Below, piece after piece: positions 1-17,267 of a stretch of DNA of 64,000 nucleotides; within the stretch, counting starts at the first letter, position 1; every line of letters starts with the position of its first letter. The notes under the pieces were generated by a model. It was not told the DNA's origin, ran no database searches, and saw only the letters and a list, made by a program, of their open reading frames with translations. Source of the stretch: the human T2T-CHM13v2.0 reference genome, Homo sapiens. Both the position numbers and the translations under genes were made by a program. The DNA is taken from NCBI RefSeq assembly GCF_009914755.1, contig NC_060936.1, one strand, 5' to 3'.

Positions 1-136
1 CCCTGCTGTAACCTTGATATTAGCTCCATAAGACTTTTCAGACTCCAACCCTCTAAAACTGTAAGAGAATAATTTTTGTTGTTTTTCTTACTAAATTTGT
101 GCTTGTTTGTTACAGCAGCAATAGTATACTAAGACA
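1..136 (+). mobile_element. MLT1-type MaLR LTR 3' end
   Basis: aactgtaagagaata...ttgttacagcagcaatag...ctaagaca signature. Confidence 0.7.
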
Positions 137-976
137 GCTGCCATGCATGAAGAGTGATAGGTGGGATATAGCGCTCTAACAGAAAATATGAGACACCTGG
201 TTTGAGGGTGAGGAAGAATCAAAACCACACAACACACAAGTGCAGGTTCATTGCCCATGTCAGGAGTTGTAGTTGCAGGGCTCCGCAGGGATGTATCCAA
301 GAACCCCCTGAGATTCTCTCCCGAGACAAAGAGAGGAATCATCTACACTACCTTTTTCTGTGCTGATTTTCTCATCTGAGTTCAGTTGGAGCCAAAGGAA
401 AAAGAAAAATTTTAGCTTTGCATAAAATTCAAAAATTTTGTTATTATATAGATTTAGGAATTTGAATTCCTGAAATGACACATTCCCGTGACTGAACATG
501 ACTAAGAGACGATTATCTGAGAATTACTTACATAATTGGAGACTCCGGGGAAGCAGGTGAAGAGCAAGACTATATATCCAATTTAGAGGGAAATTGAGGG
601 AAACCTTGGTCATAAACTTACACGGCAGTATTTGAATTATTCTAATTGTTTTGGTTACATAAATAGAATTCTGTAGTCTTGAGAAACAATAATTCTCATA
701 CAAATGTAGCCTTCTAATCTGAATTCTGTTAAAACTACCAATAACCACTAATCTCTTCTAGTTTTAATCTTCTGGTTTATCATTTTTGTGAATTTGAGAA
801 TAAAGTACTCTGATCGTTATATGTCACTCTTCTATTCATTATTTTTATAAAAATATAAATATTTGATTTCTCTAACATTGCCTATAATTTTTTAATGTCA
901 GCATTATATAATAAAATACATTCTCCATAAAGTTACAAATATCAAATAAAAACATATACACATATGTATACATACA

Positions 977-1273
977 TTTTTTTTTTTTTTTGAGACTGAG
1001 TTTCACTCTTATTGCCCAGGCTGGGGTGTAATGGCATGATCTCGGCTCACCACAACCTCCGCCTCCCGGCTTCAAGTGATTCTCTTGCTTCAGCCTTCCT
1101 GAGTAGCTGGGATTACAGGCATGCACTACCATGCCCGGCTAATTTTGTATTTTTAGTAGAGATGGGGTTTCTCCATGTTGGTCAGGCTGATCTCGAACTC
1201 CTGACCTCAGATGATCCGCCCGCCTCAGCCTCCCAAAGTGCTGGGATTACAGGTGTGAGCCACCACATCTGGC
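977..1273 (-). mobile_element. AluS
   Basis: Full dimer with poly-T. Confidence 0.95.
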
Positions 1274-2011
1274 AAATAAAAATATAATTACTATAAAGTT
1301 CATATATAGTATTATGTTTAAAATGGTATGCCACTTTATATTTTGGCTTTAAGTTATTGGTCCTGTGACTGAACTTTGGCTTCTTTCTCTTTTGTAAGAA
1401 ATATTGTAGAGCATACATAATGATGTGGGTACAAAGTTAGAAGATGTGTTCAAGGAAGGCATTCCAAAGGAGGTGTCATTTGAGTAATGTCAAATGAGCG
1501 ACGTTTGACGTAGAGAGTCTCTAAAATATTTGAGCAAGGAACTGTTCAAATAGTGGACAGTCTCTACAACCTAAGACTGAATGGTTTGTTTGAGAAGTAG
1601 CATTGGGGCTAGATCAGAGGGAGGGACTGAGCAGAAATAGGTAGAAATAAAGACAGAGAAATTGTCAGGGAAACAAGAGTGTAGTAGATATTATTCAAGG
1701 TAGGTTGATGTATTCGTGAATGTCCAGGCAGGAAAACAAATTCTGTGCCAAGTCATTACATAGAGGGAAGTTAACAGAGGAGGGTATTTATCAAACAGTT
1801 GGAGAAATCTAAGAGTCCGTCAGGAGAAAGAAGACAATTCAGATATGGGCAAAACAGAAAGCTGGTACTATTCCCAGAGCTAGAGGAAACAAGGGAGCAG
1901 GTGGGTTTACCAGAACCACTTGATGGGGACTGGCACCACAGTGGCTGGTGCCTGCCACGAGGCAGTTGCTATTTGGCAGCAGTTCAAACAACATAGCATG
2001 AGGGAAGGACA

Positions 2012-2275
2012 AAAACACGATTCCATTTGTATGAGGCATCTAAAATAGTCTAATTCATAGAAGCAAGGAGCAGAATAGTGGTTACCAGGGACAGTGAGGA
2101 GCGGAGAGTGGGGATAAGGTTTTAGTAATGCAAAATGAGTAAGCTCTAGAGATCTGCTGTACAACATTGTGCCTAGACTTAACAATATTGTATTGTACAT
2201 TTCAAAATTTGTTAATAGAGTAGATCTCATGGTGTATTCCTATCACAATAAAATAAATATTAAAATTAAATAAAA
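2012..2275 (+). mobile_element. Old L1M 3' fragment
   Basis: agaatagtggttaccaggg...agatctgctgtacaaca signature. Confidence 0.75.
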
Positions 2276-2592
2276 CAGACCAGTACATAGCATGTGTGGT
2301 CACTGCAGGAGATAAAGCCTGAAGCAGAGAGGGGAAAGACAAAATAACAGGCTTCTCCCCTCTTCCTACCTTCCAAATCTCAACCCAGTGGCTCCATTGA
2401 CTCCACCTACCTGGAAGCTGGTTAGCCATGGAGGTGGTGAAACATGTGTTGCAGGAATCAGCACCCCAAGAAACAAGCAGAACAGGGGAAAACCAGGGAG
2501 GACAAAGAGAAAAGTGACTGACAGAGTGGAAGAAACCAAATCTATCAATGCATAGAACCATTATATTTTGGGAGAGATACTTCTCATACTCA

Positions 2593-2942
<350 letters not shown>

Positions 2943-3327
2943 AGACTTGTTAACACAATATTCTGTGAAGAGATTCAACTTACCTTGTCCAATCTATACA
3001 TAGGTTTACTATAACATGTGTGTAAAATCACTCAGATAAATTATCAGTATGAAACCACATGTGGAGGGGCTCAGTAAGTGGGGAATAGGTGTTTTGAACA
3101 AAGAATTGAGTATAATTTAATCCACATACTGACACAGGAGATAAGTCCCCAGTTCTTTATCCATAAGGCTAAAAACCAAATCTCTGTAAACAAAATGTTT
3201 TCATTAGTTTGGTTCCAAAACCTGAACTTAGCTAATCATAGTTTTTGTTTTATACATTTTGCTGTGGAAATATTAATGTGCTGGGTTATAGCGTGAATCA
3301 TCAAATGCCAATGAGGCTGTTAATTCA

Positions 3328-3730
<403 letters not shown>

Positions 3731-5379
3731 CTACACATCATTTAGTTTCCACTTAAAAGTTTTTAGATGTATGGTGAGAGAACTATATATAAAAGAACAA
3801 TCTATGCCCTATTCCTGTGAGATTTCTCTTCATTATCTGGCTCTACTGATGTTGCCAGTGTACCATGCTAGCAATGTTGCATATTAACCTGGAGTAAAAT
3901 ATCATTTCTGTATTTTCAAAATTCTTTACTACTATTTATAAAATAAATTCTTACCTTTAGATTGTGTTGTTGCTAAAATTGAAATTTAAGTAGAGAGTCG
4001 TGTGACTGATAAAAATGGGTTCCTTCTTTTAAAAACAGTCTGTAAAACCACAGCCAGTCAAGTCACGTTTATTCTAGAAATTATTTTTGCCATATGCTAG
4101 TTTTCTTTTCCTCTCATGTGAACCATCTTTATGTCTAGTCTGAAAAATTCCTGTTACAGTCACCATTCTGTCATGATAAGGGTTCTGAAATAACTCAGGG
4201 ACAAACCATTCCTTTCTTTAAGCTTCCAATATGAAATAAGTCCTTTGTGTATCAATAGTCACCAGGATAATTTTTCACATGGTTTTATTTAACATCTTTC
4301 TTCATGGTACCTTAAAGTTGTTTTTTTTGTGTGTCTTTACCTGCCCATTATTTCCACCTACAAAACACGCTATCTCTAAGCACATTATCCGAAGAAAATT
4401 CCAGTTAAAAATCATCTCATAGAAAATATGACTAGTATTTACAGTCCAGTCAATGCTTTATGATTCTTATGTTATTTTTTCTTTGTGATTGACTCTTTCC
4501 TATTCCCTCCTCTTCTCTTAACAGGTAAATATTGTCACAGCTCTAAGTTTAGTAATGTTTCCTATGTTTACACTTGCTGGAATAACAAAAATAGCGCAGC
4601 TACAGTGCTAGTGATCAGCCACATCCATGCTTGTAAACCTCAGTTCTGGTCTCTTCTCTCCTCCTTAAGCTGTGTCTTCTGCTTTTTGCCCAGGTAAATT
4701 GCTTCAACTCCCAATATTGTTTGCAACAGCATCTTACTATTTTCGCCAGACACGCCATTTCCTCTACCCATTACCCATCCACTTTATCCCCAACATCCTG
4801 CGGCCACACCAAGACCAGTGTAGGTGTTAACTGTTATTTTAGGCAGCAGCAACTCTGTGGTTGGAAACATTCTGTACCATATGGTGTGATGTGTCAGCCA
4901 CACCTGTTACACATAAAGTGTACTGATGACTGAGGTCTCACAGGGGTCCAGGGTCATATCAGAGTCCGGAGATTTCCGTGAAAGCTTAAAGTTCAGTCTG
5001 CAAACTCACTGTAACTAATAATGAATAGCTTATGTCCTATCTACCTCAATATGTTTCTTAATGGTTTTGAGCACTAATTAGGTGTTAAATACCCTATATG
5101 TTTATACATTAAACCATTCTCAGAACATATTTCCAATAAACTATTTAGTTGCATTTTACGTTTTACACATGATGGAAAAGAATCTTAAAGGGGTTATGTA
5201 ACCTACTCAAGTTTACGATCTACCAAAAGCAGAATCAAACATTTGAAACTACTCACTTTTGACATCTTGTATTTAGCAGATTGAAGAAGCAGAAAGAATA
5301 ATTACCTGATAAGGATTGATTAGAAATTAGTTTTGAATGCAAAATAGTCTTTGAATCATCATTTTATTTCGCTTATGGT

Positions 5380-5914
<535 letters not shown>

Positions 5915-6507
5915 TTAAAAACCGTGGTGAAACTGTACCTAAAAGCAAAGATGGATATGCATTGTAAGGCACAGGTTTGAAGTTAGACAGCCATGGGAGA
6001 ATGCAAGGGTATGTATGAGATTGGTATAGTCAATAAGTATTTGCTGGTATTTGTTTCATACACAAATACATGCATATATACAAATAACTCCGAATTTTTT
6101 TTTATTTAACACTCAGACCTCTCACGGATAGGTTGCAAAAAAATGTTATACAAATAATGAGAGCATTTCCTCCCATGAAACCTAACTTCAAACAAATCCA
6201 AATAAATTCTAAGTTTTAAAAAAGACCATCCATTTTGGTGCCAACATCCTTTTCAAGTGAATTATTTATATACTGAAGTATTATAAAACCTATAAATAGA
6301 TATTGTTATATATAAACAGATACTTTTACGAATTAAATTATGCTTCTTAGAAGACAGAAGCATGAAATGGAGAAACGAGGAAATAAAATATGTAACTAAA
6401 AATTTGCTAGGACTTTAAAAACCACCCCTAGGTTATACAAAACTACGGGGATAACTTAGTTTAATTATCTGTCTAAATACGGATTTTTACCTCTGTAAGA
6501 AAGATCA

Positions 6508-7072
<565 letters not shown>

Positions 7073-8493
7073 CTACATTCAATATATCTGTGGCAATTTA
7101 TCTATCTAAATTTGAACAAAAACTAAAAATTCCCAGCACAATCGAGGCAAAATAAAATATAATTTTCTTACAGTTATGCAAAATGACTCTCTAGATTTTA
7201 ATCCGTTAGAGGTAGAGGTAGACAAAGGTTAGTGAGACTCAGCTTGACCACTGCTTGGTTGACTTTGAGCGTGTTTCCTTGATAATCTCCTGTGTCTTCA
7301 ACTATGAAATTTAAGAACTATTACTATCAATATCATAGGGTTTATGAAGATTAGATGAAGTAAAAGTTATAAAATAATCAAACACAGAGCCTGGCATAAA
7401 GTAAACTCAAAAATTTTTAATGGTTTTATACATAATCATTAAATATCAATTATAGACTACATACATCACTATGAAAGAATTAGAGGTAAATTATAAAATA
7501 TTAGCAATAATCCTTTATAAGACTCTTTTTTTAAGATTTACTTCAGGCTACTGGAACTTGAGAATGTATAAAGTGTTTAATGCGTACCAAATGAGTGTCT
7601 AGTCACAAAATGTTAGAAGGTGAGTTGGTTAGTCTGATAGAGTTTTACTGATCTGATTCTTCATCTCCTGTTTGAGTATTTATGTGTCTTATTATTCTGA
7701 GTTAGGGCATCCTTTTACCTCCTGTGTCTCTTTTTCTTTATGCCCAAGTTCCATCGGCAGATACTGACCATAGAGCTTTGCAATGTAGACAGTTTTGCCT
7801 AAAGGCTAAGACAGGGGCTCAGTTCCACTTCACTGACACTTAGTGACATTACGCGGGCTTTGGAATTTAGGAAGTGACCAATATGTTGACTTTGGTTTGT
7901 TATTTCAGAATGAGAACCCTAAAGGCCACCCAACAGTTCACCACAGAGAAACTTGTTTCCAGCCACATAGGAGTTGACAAGCTGCAGCTGCAGCTGAGCT
8001 CTTTGCAGCTCTTTCATGAGGTTCTTACACCTTGCTAGGTCCTATATAAAGGACTAACCTATTATTTAGAAAAGATACACATTAAGGACTCTAATTAAGA
8101 AATTTTGAAACGAGTTATGTTTTCTCCATTCTGGCTTCATAAACTTCTTTCTATGCTAAACAATCAGGGAAACTGTCAATGTTTTATTCAAAATGTATGT
8201 TGCTAATTCTGTGACCACTATTTGCACACTTCTTTTACTACATAAACATGTCACTTTGTAAATAGCTACTGGGCAGTGTAGATTTACTTATATGCATAAC
8301 TTGAACATTATTTTGTTTCTTTCGGAGTCTGCCTATTCCCGAACCACATGTGGAATTGGTAGTTGCTTTGGTTTGGTTTGTTTATTTGCTTATTTCTTTT
8401 AGTGGGAAGCAGTTTTCTGGATTCTTTTAACTTGATACAGATGCAAAAAGGGGAAATGTTTGTGTAATGTATCTGGTCCATATCCATAATTGA

Positions 8494-8795
<302 letters not shown>

Positions 8796-10336
8796 TGAAT
8801 TTGTAATTTTTAGTTAAAATTGAAACTGTAAAATGATACCATATTTGTAAGAACAACAACAAGGCAGTTTCCAACGCCCAAAATATAACTGCAAAGGCAT
8901 TGGACAACGTAAATTAAAATGGTATGTTGAATAAGAACTGAAAGTCAACATAGCAAACATCTACCATGGCAAATATTTCCTTACTTGGATTGTAGCTACG
9001 AAATGGTCATCTCTACTCCTTGGGAAAGGCCAGAGCAAGACCTATAAAGTCCACTCTTAGAAAAGTTCCATGGATAGAATGACCAATAGGAAGCTGGCTA
9101 TTTAATTTAAAATGATGTTAGGATCTTTAACTCTAGGAATAATCAGAGGTAGAAGGAATTTAGAATAATCAGAGGTAGAAAGAATTTAAAATGATTTCAT
9201 ATTGCTAGGTAAATCTGTGTGATCTTATTTATATTAAAGAAAGCATTGGACATAATAGAATGCCTGATACATGCACGCACAAACACACACACATTGAAAT
9301 GAGACATACATGTCAAGCACTAGAATTGGCGTGTAATGTGTGCTCAATAAATGTTCACAACTCTCCCCTAATAAACAAACTTATTAAAATGAAAATTGGT
9401 AAATAAAGGAAAAGTTTCAGTATTTATCTTTAATAACCATGCTGCAGAGTAACAAAATAATTGGTGGCAAGTATTTTCTGGAATATAAAATCAGAGGTTA
9501 TGTGATGATGGTTACATGAATTTACACATGATAAAACTGCATAAAATGACATATATATATATACACAAATACACACAAGCAAATGAATGGATATATAAAA
9601 CTACTAAAATCTGAATAAGGTCTATGGATTGTACCAATGTCAATTTCCTGGTTTTGACATTGTACTCTAGTTATGTAAAATATAGGCATACCTCAGAGAT
9701 ACTGTGCACTCTGATCCAGACAACCACAAAAAAGCAATTATTGCAATAAAGCAAGTCACATGAATTTTTTTTGTTTCCCAATGCATGTAAATGTTTACAC
9801 TGTACTGCAGTCTATTAAGTGTTCAAAATTATTATATCTAAAAAACAATGTACATACCTTGATTAAAAATATTGCCAGAAAATGTTAACAATCAGCTGAG
9901 CTTTCAGAGAGTCCTAGTCTGTTTCTGTTTCTGGTGGATCTTGCCTCATTGATGGCTGCTGACTGATCAGGGTGGTGGTTGTTGAAGGCTGGGGTGACAG
10001 TGGCAATTTCTAAAAATAAGACAACAATGAAGTTTGCTGCATTGACTGACTCTTCTTTTCACAAAAGATTTCTCTGTAGTCTATGATGCTGTTTCATTGC
10101 ATTTTACCCACAGTAGAACTTTCAAAATTGGAATCAATCCTTTCAGACCCTGCCACTGCTTTATCAACTACATTTTTTGTAATATTCTAAATTCTTTGTT
10201 GTCATTTCAACAATGTTCACAACATCTTCACCAGGAGTAGATTCCATCCCAAGAAATGTCTCTTTCCTCATCTATAAAAAGCAGTTCCTCACCCATGAAA
10301 GCTCTGTCACAAGATTGCATCAATTCAGCCACATCT

Positions 10337-10808
10337 TTTTTTTTTTTTTAATCCTATACTATTTTAAGTTCCAGGATACACAAGCAGAACGTGCAGGTTT
10401 GTTACATAGGTATACATGTGCCATGGTGGTTTGCTACACCTATCAACCCATCGTCTAGGTTTTAAGCCCTACATGCATTAGGTATTTGTCCTAATGCTCT
10501 CCTTCCCCTTGCCCCCCACCTTCTGATAGGCTGCGGTATGTGTTGTTCCCCTCCCTGTGTCCATGTGTTCTCACTCTTCCACTCCCACTTGTGAGTGAGA
10601 ACATGTGGTGTTTGGTTTTCTGTTCCTGTATTAGTTTGCTAAGGATGATGGCTTCCAGCTTCATCCATGTCCCTGCAAAGGACATAATCTCATTCTTTTT
10701 TATGGCTGCGTAGAATTCCATGGTGTATATGTACCACATTTTCTTTATTCAGTCTATCATTGATGGGCATTTGGGTTGGTTCCATGTCTTTGCGATTGTA
10801 AATAGTGA
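10337..10808 (-). mobile_element. 5'-truncated L1PA 3' end inside Tigger1
   Basis: ORF2 C-terminus MWYIYTMEFYAAIKKNE, poly-T tail, TSD gccacatctt. Confidence 0.9.
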
Positions 10809-11890
10809 ATGCGGCCACATCTTCAGGCTTCACTTCTCATTCTAGTTCCCTTGCTATTTCTACTACCTCTGCAGTTACTTTCTCCACTGAAGTCTCGAAC
10901 ACCTCAAAGTCATCCATGAGGATTGGAATCAACTTCTTCTAAACTCTTGTTAATGCTATATTTGACCTCCTCCCATGAACCACAAGTGTTCTTAAATGGA
11001 ATCTAGAATAGTGAAGCCTTTCAGAAAGTTTTGAATTTACATTGCCCAGTTTCATCTGAGGAATCACTATTTATTTAATAAATACAAAATGTATATCTTA
11101 AATAATATGACTTAAAAGTTGAAATGACTCCTTGATTCACGGACTGCCGAATGGATATTGTGTTAGCAGGCTTGAAAATGACATGAATTTCTTTGTACGT
11201 CTTCATCAGAGCTCTTGGGTGACCAGGCTCATTCTCAATGAGCCATAACATTTTTAAAGAAATCTTTTTTTCTGAGCACTATGTCTCAACAATGGGCTTA
11301 AAATATGTAGCAAACCATGTTGTAAACAGACATGCTGCCATCTGGACTTTGTTGTTCTATATAGAGAGCACAGGTAGAGTAGACTGAGCATAATTCTTAA
11401 GGGTCCTAAATTGTTTGGAATGGTAAATGAGCATTGGCTTCAACTTAAGTCACCAGTTAGCCCCTAACAAGAGAGCCAGCCTGTCCTTTGAAGCTTTGAA
11501 GCAAGACACTGACTTTTCCTCTCTAGTTATAAAAGTCCTAGATGGCTTTTCCAGAAGCCTGTTTCATGTACACTCAAAATCTGTTGTTTAGTGTAGCCAC
11601 CTTTATCAATTATCTTAGTTAGATCTTCTGGATAACTTGCTGTAGCTTCTTCATCAGCACTTACTGCTTCACCTTGTACATTTCTATTATTTAGATGGCT
11701 TCTTTCTTTAAATCTCAAGAAGCAACCTCTGCTAGTTTCCAATTTTTTTTTTTTCTGCAGCTTTCTCACCTCTCACAGCCTTCATAGAATTGAAGAGTTA
11801 GCGCCTTAGGCTTTGGCTTAAAGGAACATTGTGTGGCTGGTTTGATCTTTGATACAGACCAGTAAAACTTTCTCCATATTAGCAATAAGG

Positions 11891-11893
<3 letters not shown>

Positions 11894-11969
<76 letters not shown>
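11894..11969. repeat. (TA)n microsatellite
   Basis: Long near-perfect TA run. Confidence 0.97.
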
Positions 11970-11972
<3 letters not shown>

Positions 11973-13172
11973 TAATTCGCATGCTCACTGGCATAGCAAT
12001 TTTGATTTTCTTCAAGTACTCTTTCTTTGCATTCACCATTTGGCTAAATGTTTGACTCAACAGGCCTTTCGGCCTATGTGGGCTTTCAAAATGCCTTCCT
12101 CACTAAGCTTATTCATTTCTGGCTTTTGATTTAAAGTAAGAGATGTGTGACTGTTCCTTTCACTTTTACTCTTAGAGGTCATTGTAATGTTATTAACTGG
12201 CCTAATTTCAGTGTTGTTGTGTTTCAGGGAATTGGGAGGCCTAAGGAAAGGTAGAGAGATGGACAATCGCTGGCCAGTGAAGCCGTCATAACACTTACAT
12301 TCATCAATTAATTTCATTATGTTATATGGGCATTGTTTGTTGCACCACAAACCCATTTCAACAGTAACATCAAACATCACTGATCACAGATCACCATAAA
12401 AGATATTGCAATAATAGTAAAAAAGTTTTAAATATTGCAAGAATTACCAAGATGTGAGGCAGAGACAGGAAGTGAGCACATGCTTTAAAAAAAAAATGTC
12501 ACTGATAGACTTGCTAGAGGTAGGGTTGCCACAAAACCTCAATTTGTAAAAAATGCCACACCTGTGAAGCACAATAAAGTGAAGTGCAGTAAAATGAGGT
12601 GTGTGTGTATTATCACTGGGGAAACCCAACAGCAGGGACAAGGGAGGTCCCTAAGCTATTTTTGTAACTTTTTTTGTTAATCTATATTCATTTGAAAATA
12701 AAAACTGAAAAAAAATCTCAGGGGTTAACAGGCAGTATTTTTATTCCCTTGGTATGAACGCTAGCTATCCTCACTTTCCTTTTCTTCTTATGTCTCAGCC
12801 ACATTGTTGATTCTGCCTCTCCTACTTAATAAATGGTCGCTGTACATCAAAGATGGTAAATTCAGAGATGGTGGATGTGCTGTTTCCAAATCAAAGCTTG
12901 TGAAAGTCATTGCTACTCTTTCTTTCTTGATGAATATGGACTTGAAGATTTCTCTATACAACGCACCCAAATATGTGTTCTTTACTCTTGTCTTTTCCCA
13001 AATACTGTATTTTAACATGAATTTGCACATGTAAATCAATGGTGGACTCATTCAGGAAGATCCATCTTAAGAAAAACAAAAAGCAAAATAAAAACAAGCA
13101 AGTATGAAGAGGAGTTACCAGTTTGTCAAAGTGCATCCTCCTAGAAGTTTAGTACCTCAAAATTTCCTCTAG

Positions 13173-13504
<332 letters not shown>

Positions 13505-15023
13505 TGAAGTTGGACCCACTCTGATATCCAAATTGGGTCCCAACTGAGCCAATCAGTGTATCTTATCCACTGCCCAGGGTAATTTGTGTCCTGCCTATTT
13601 AGTGTCAAGGTCATGAAAGTGAGTTCTTGGATGAAGCTTGACACAAAACAATTTATATTATGTGACTATATACGTTATAGTAAGATAAATTATCAAACCA
13701 GGCAAAACTGAACTGTACAGGGTTAGAGGTCAAGACAGCGCTAACATCTATAAAGAGAAAGAGGGTAGTAATTGGAAGGTTAAATGAGGAGAGCTTTTGA
13801 AGATTCTGGAAATGTTCTGTTTCTCGACTTGGATGGTAGTTACAAGAGTGCTGCCTCTCATAAATTATTAAATTTTGTGCTTTTAGTATTTGTCAATATG
13901 TATACCATATTTTATTTTAAAACAGCAAGAAGAGAGAATATGTTGAATTTTTTCTGTCCTTTTAGATTCTGATGTGAACCATGGCTGTTGCCTATTTCTC
14001 ATTTTATTGTAACCACGTATCTGTATTTTTCAAGTCCTATTTATCCTACGAGATCATGCTCAAATTTCAATTTTATTTTGAGTTATTTCTTCATTTTTCT
14101 TTAAAGTTGTCTCTGTCTCCCTTGTGACACTGTTCTATTCCAGAGTGGATTGGGAACAGATTCAAGTATCTGATTTCTAATGAAGAAAAAATTTTCTAGA
14201 AAGCCATTTTTCCTGTGAATCTCAGAATTCCAGTCATTTTCAGTTAGAGAGTAGAGAGAAGTCAATACTTTCTTAAGCCAGGTATCCCATTTTTTTTTTG
14301 GAAAAAAATAAAAAAACAAAATTATGCTAAATAATTTGAATTTAATTTTTACACATTGAATAGAATTTTGAACAAATTATCTGGTCAATACTTGTACTTT
14401 AAAATACAGGTGATAAAATGGACATAAGATACCTTAACAAATTACATGAAGAGCATAACATTCAAGAGTTCAGAAAAAGTAAATAAAACAGAAACATTTA
14501 CAATAAATCAAAATATATCATTATTAATACATTAAAATATAGACACCCATTTTTCTGTGAAATAAAATGGTCTTAATCATGAATATTGAATACTTATTCA
14601 ACATTCTTACAGTGAGATATGTCATTTAAAGAAACATATTAGGTTCATGTTTTGCCCTTTAGGTGATTAGAGATAAGCAATCATAATTCTAATACCGTGT
14701 TTCAATGCAGAGTGAGATTTCAGTCTTATCAATTGTTTTAGTCAATGACCAATTAAACTGCTTTGAATCATAAGAATTTTAACTCCTCTCTATAATTTAT
14801 TTTTAAATTATGTAGCTTTTTTTCCTATTTCTCATATAACATGTAGAGTAATATTAGAGATAATCTATAAATGGGTCCATTATTTTAAGAAAGAGCATCT
14901 TGCCACAGCTGCACTTAGAACATTTGCTGACTGACTACAGACTATAGGACATACTGATGTTTTATCCACAGTGTCCATGAAATGAGATATCATGAGGTAG
15001 AATCTCTAATAACATACAAAGGA

Positions 15024-15378
<355 letters not shown>

Positions 15379-17267
15379 CTAAGTTCCTAGAACATTTATG
15401 TTTTGATACCTCCTAAAATGAGTGAAGTTTGGTAATAATTTATACTCCATGAGTAAATGGATTAAAAGAGAGAGAGAGAAAGAGGAGTCATGTGACTATT
15501 CTCTTATAAAAGAAAATAATTTTGGAGATGTGGAGTTGAACCTTCAGAAGGCCAAGGGAAACTTACCCCCCGGCCCCTGCAGTACTGGGATTGCCAGAAT
15601 TGGGATTCATACATATGTTTCGCTGTGTTTCCAACCAGGGGTTTATAAATTCTCTACTCTCTTTTTACTGGGTCAGACACTGTTTCAGAGAGCAATTGGC
15701 ACTTGGTTGTGGGAAGATGGCTCTGCTTTCTCCCATAACTTGTTAAGTGTGCGGTAGTTATGGTGTTTTTCTGCTGTTTTTTCAAGTTTAATCTATGATC
15801 TGCCCAATGCAATTCACATTTTAGAGAACTGCACTAAAGGTAATATCTAAAGGTGTGAAATTTTGAGACAAGAGAAGGAAGGAAACAGCACAATTCATCT
15901 TCACCCAGGTTATCCTGATAGCTCAAAGGATGAAAGTGTACCTGTGCTCACGCAAGTTGTAAACTTGTGCTCATTTGTATCCTGGTGTGTGGACACCATC
16001 TCTTTTTGATCATTCTATGGAATACAGGGAAAGAGAAACGTTGAAATTAAAATTATTATATTTGTATGCAAACACTTTTATAACTGTTTTCTTAGGAAAG
16101 CGCCAAGTCTGTTCTGATTAAAAACAAAACCTCTTAAATTTTAACAAATCACACTCATTTCTGTACCTCTAGAAGATAGTTAAATGTGTCAATGTATATT
16201 TCATTAAAATAAAAATTATAATTTAAATATTTTTAAAACATTTAGACTATTATTGGTTAAATTTCTGTCTTTACCTAAGAATATTAAAAACTCAATAAAA
16301 TAATTTTATATGCTTTCTTATTTTAATATATTTTATAAACTAAGTATTGCATTTTCCCCCGAGCCCGGTTTCAGCAACCCTAACACTCTTTCAGGGTTGT
16401 CACTATGTTTTACTAAATTGGGGTTTTCTTCTTCTCCCTTGACAAATTGCAAATTATTTCTGGGTCTTTGTCTTGCTCTCTTCTAACCAAACACTGGAGA
16501 TTGTTTCTATGTATTATTCATTCACAAATGGGAGTAATGTAGGGTGATCTACTCTTAATGGTTCGGAGTTCTGCAGACCAAGTGAAAGTCCTTTGCCTCT
16601 TGCTTTGACACAGTGATCAACCCAATGATTGCTTCTAGACTTTCCCAAATGAAATATATAATCTATGCTCTGGTCACTTAGCACTTTTTACTTTTTCTCT
16701 GGGTGTTTTTCTTTTGTTTTTTCATCACCAAAGGAGTCACTTACTTGAACTTCTTTTCTCCCTGATCAATCCAGAAAACACTTTCTCCAAATATCATGTG
16801 TCTAATATTGTGCAGCACACTTTTATGATAATGGTACATATATATCTTAAGAAACTTAAATTGATAGTCTTATTTTGCATCTAATAGTACATTTCAGGTG
16901 CTAATGATATAATTGAGGAACACTTAACTAGGCTTCATGATTTCAGCACACAACATGCCAAGAGTCAAGAAAGCCTGGAGTTACAAAGACAATGTGACTA
17001 TCAAACCAGAACCATTTCCACAGTTGAATAAAGAAATAATTAGGAAAATGAACTTAAGTTTGTGGTGATTGATACAAATTACAGAATACCATCTTTCAAA
17101 ACATTCGAACTCTAAGTAAAATGAGTTAGTAATTATGCTTCTTGGAGATTTAAAGTTTTTTCTTAATTATTTTTTAACCAAAGTAAAACACACATGTGCT
17201 TTAAAAATCCATAGTACAGAAGGACTCATTATGAAATTTAACAGTTTTATTTCCCACTTGTGCTCAC

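Larger units (their letters stand above)
9683..12608 (-). mobile_element. Tigger1 DNA transposon, near full length, interrupted by L1PA and (TA)n
   Basis: Degenerate (C)AGGCATACCTC termini; transposase remnants ([33 protein letters not shown]) on - strand. Confidence 0.9.

Noticed and set aside
12804-13034. Unique-looking stretch that reads ...ACESHCYSFF... in one + frame, resembling a C-type lectin exon relic
   Set aside because: No properly spaced CP..W motif, no downstream W/C pattern, no convincing splice sites and no companion WIGL exon; a TBLASTN search would be needed
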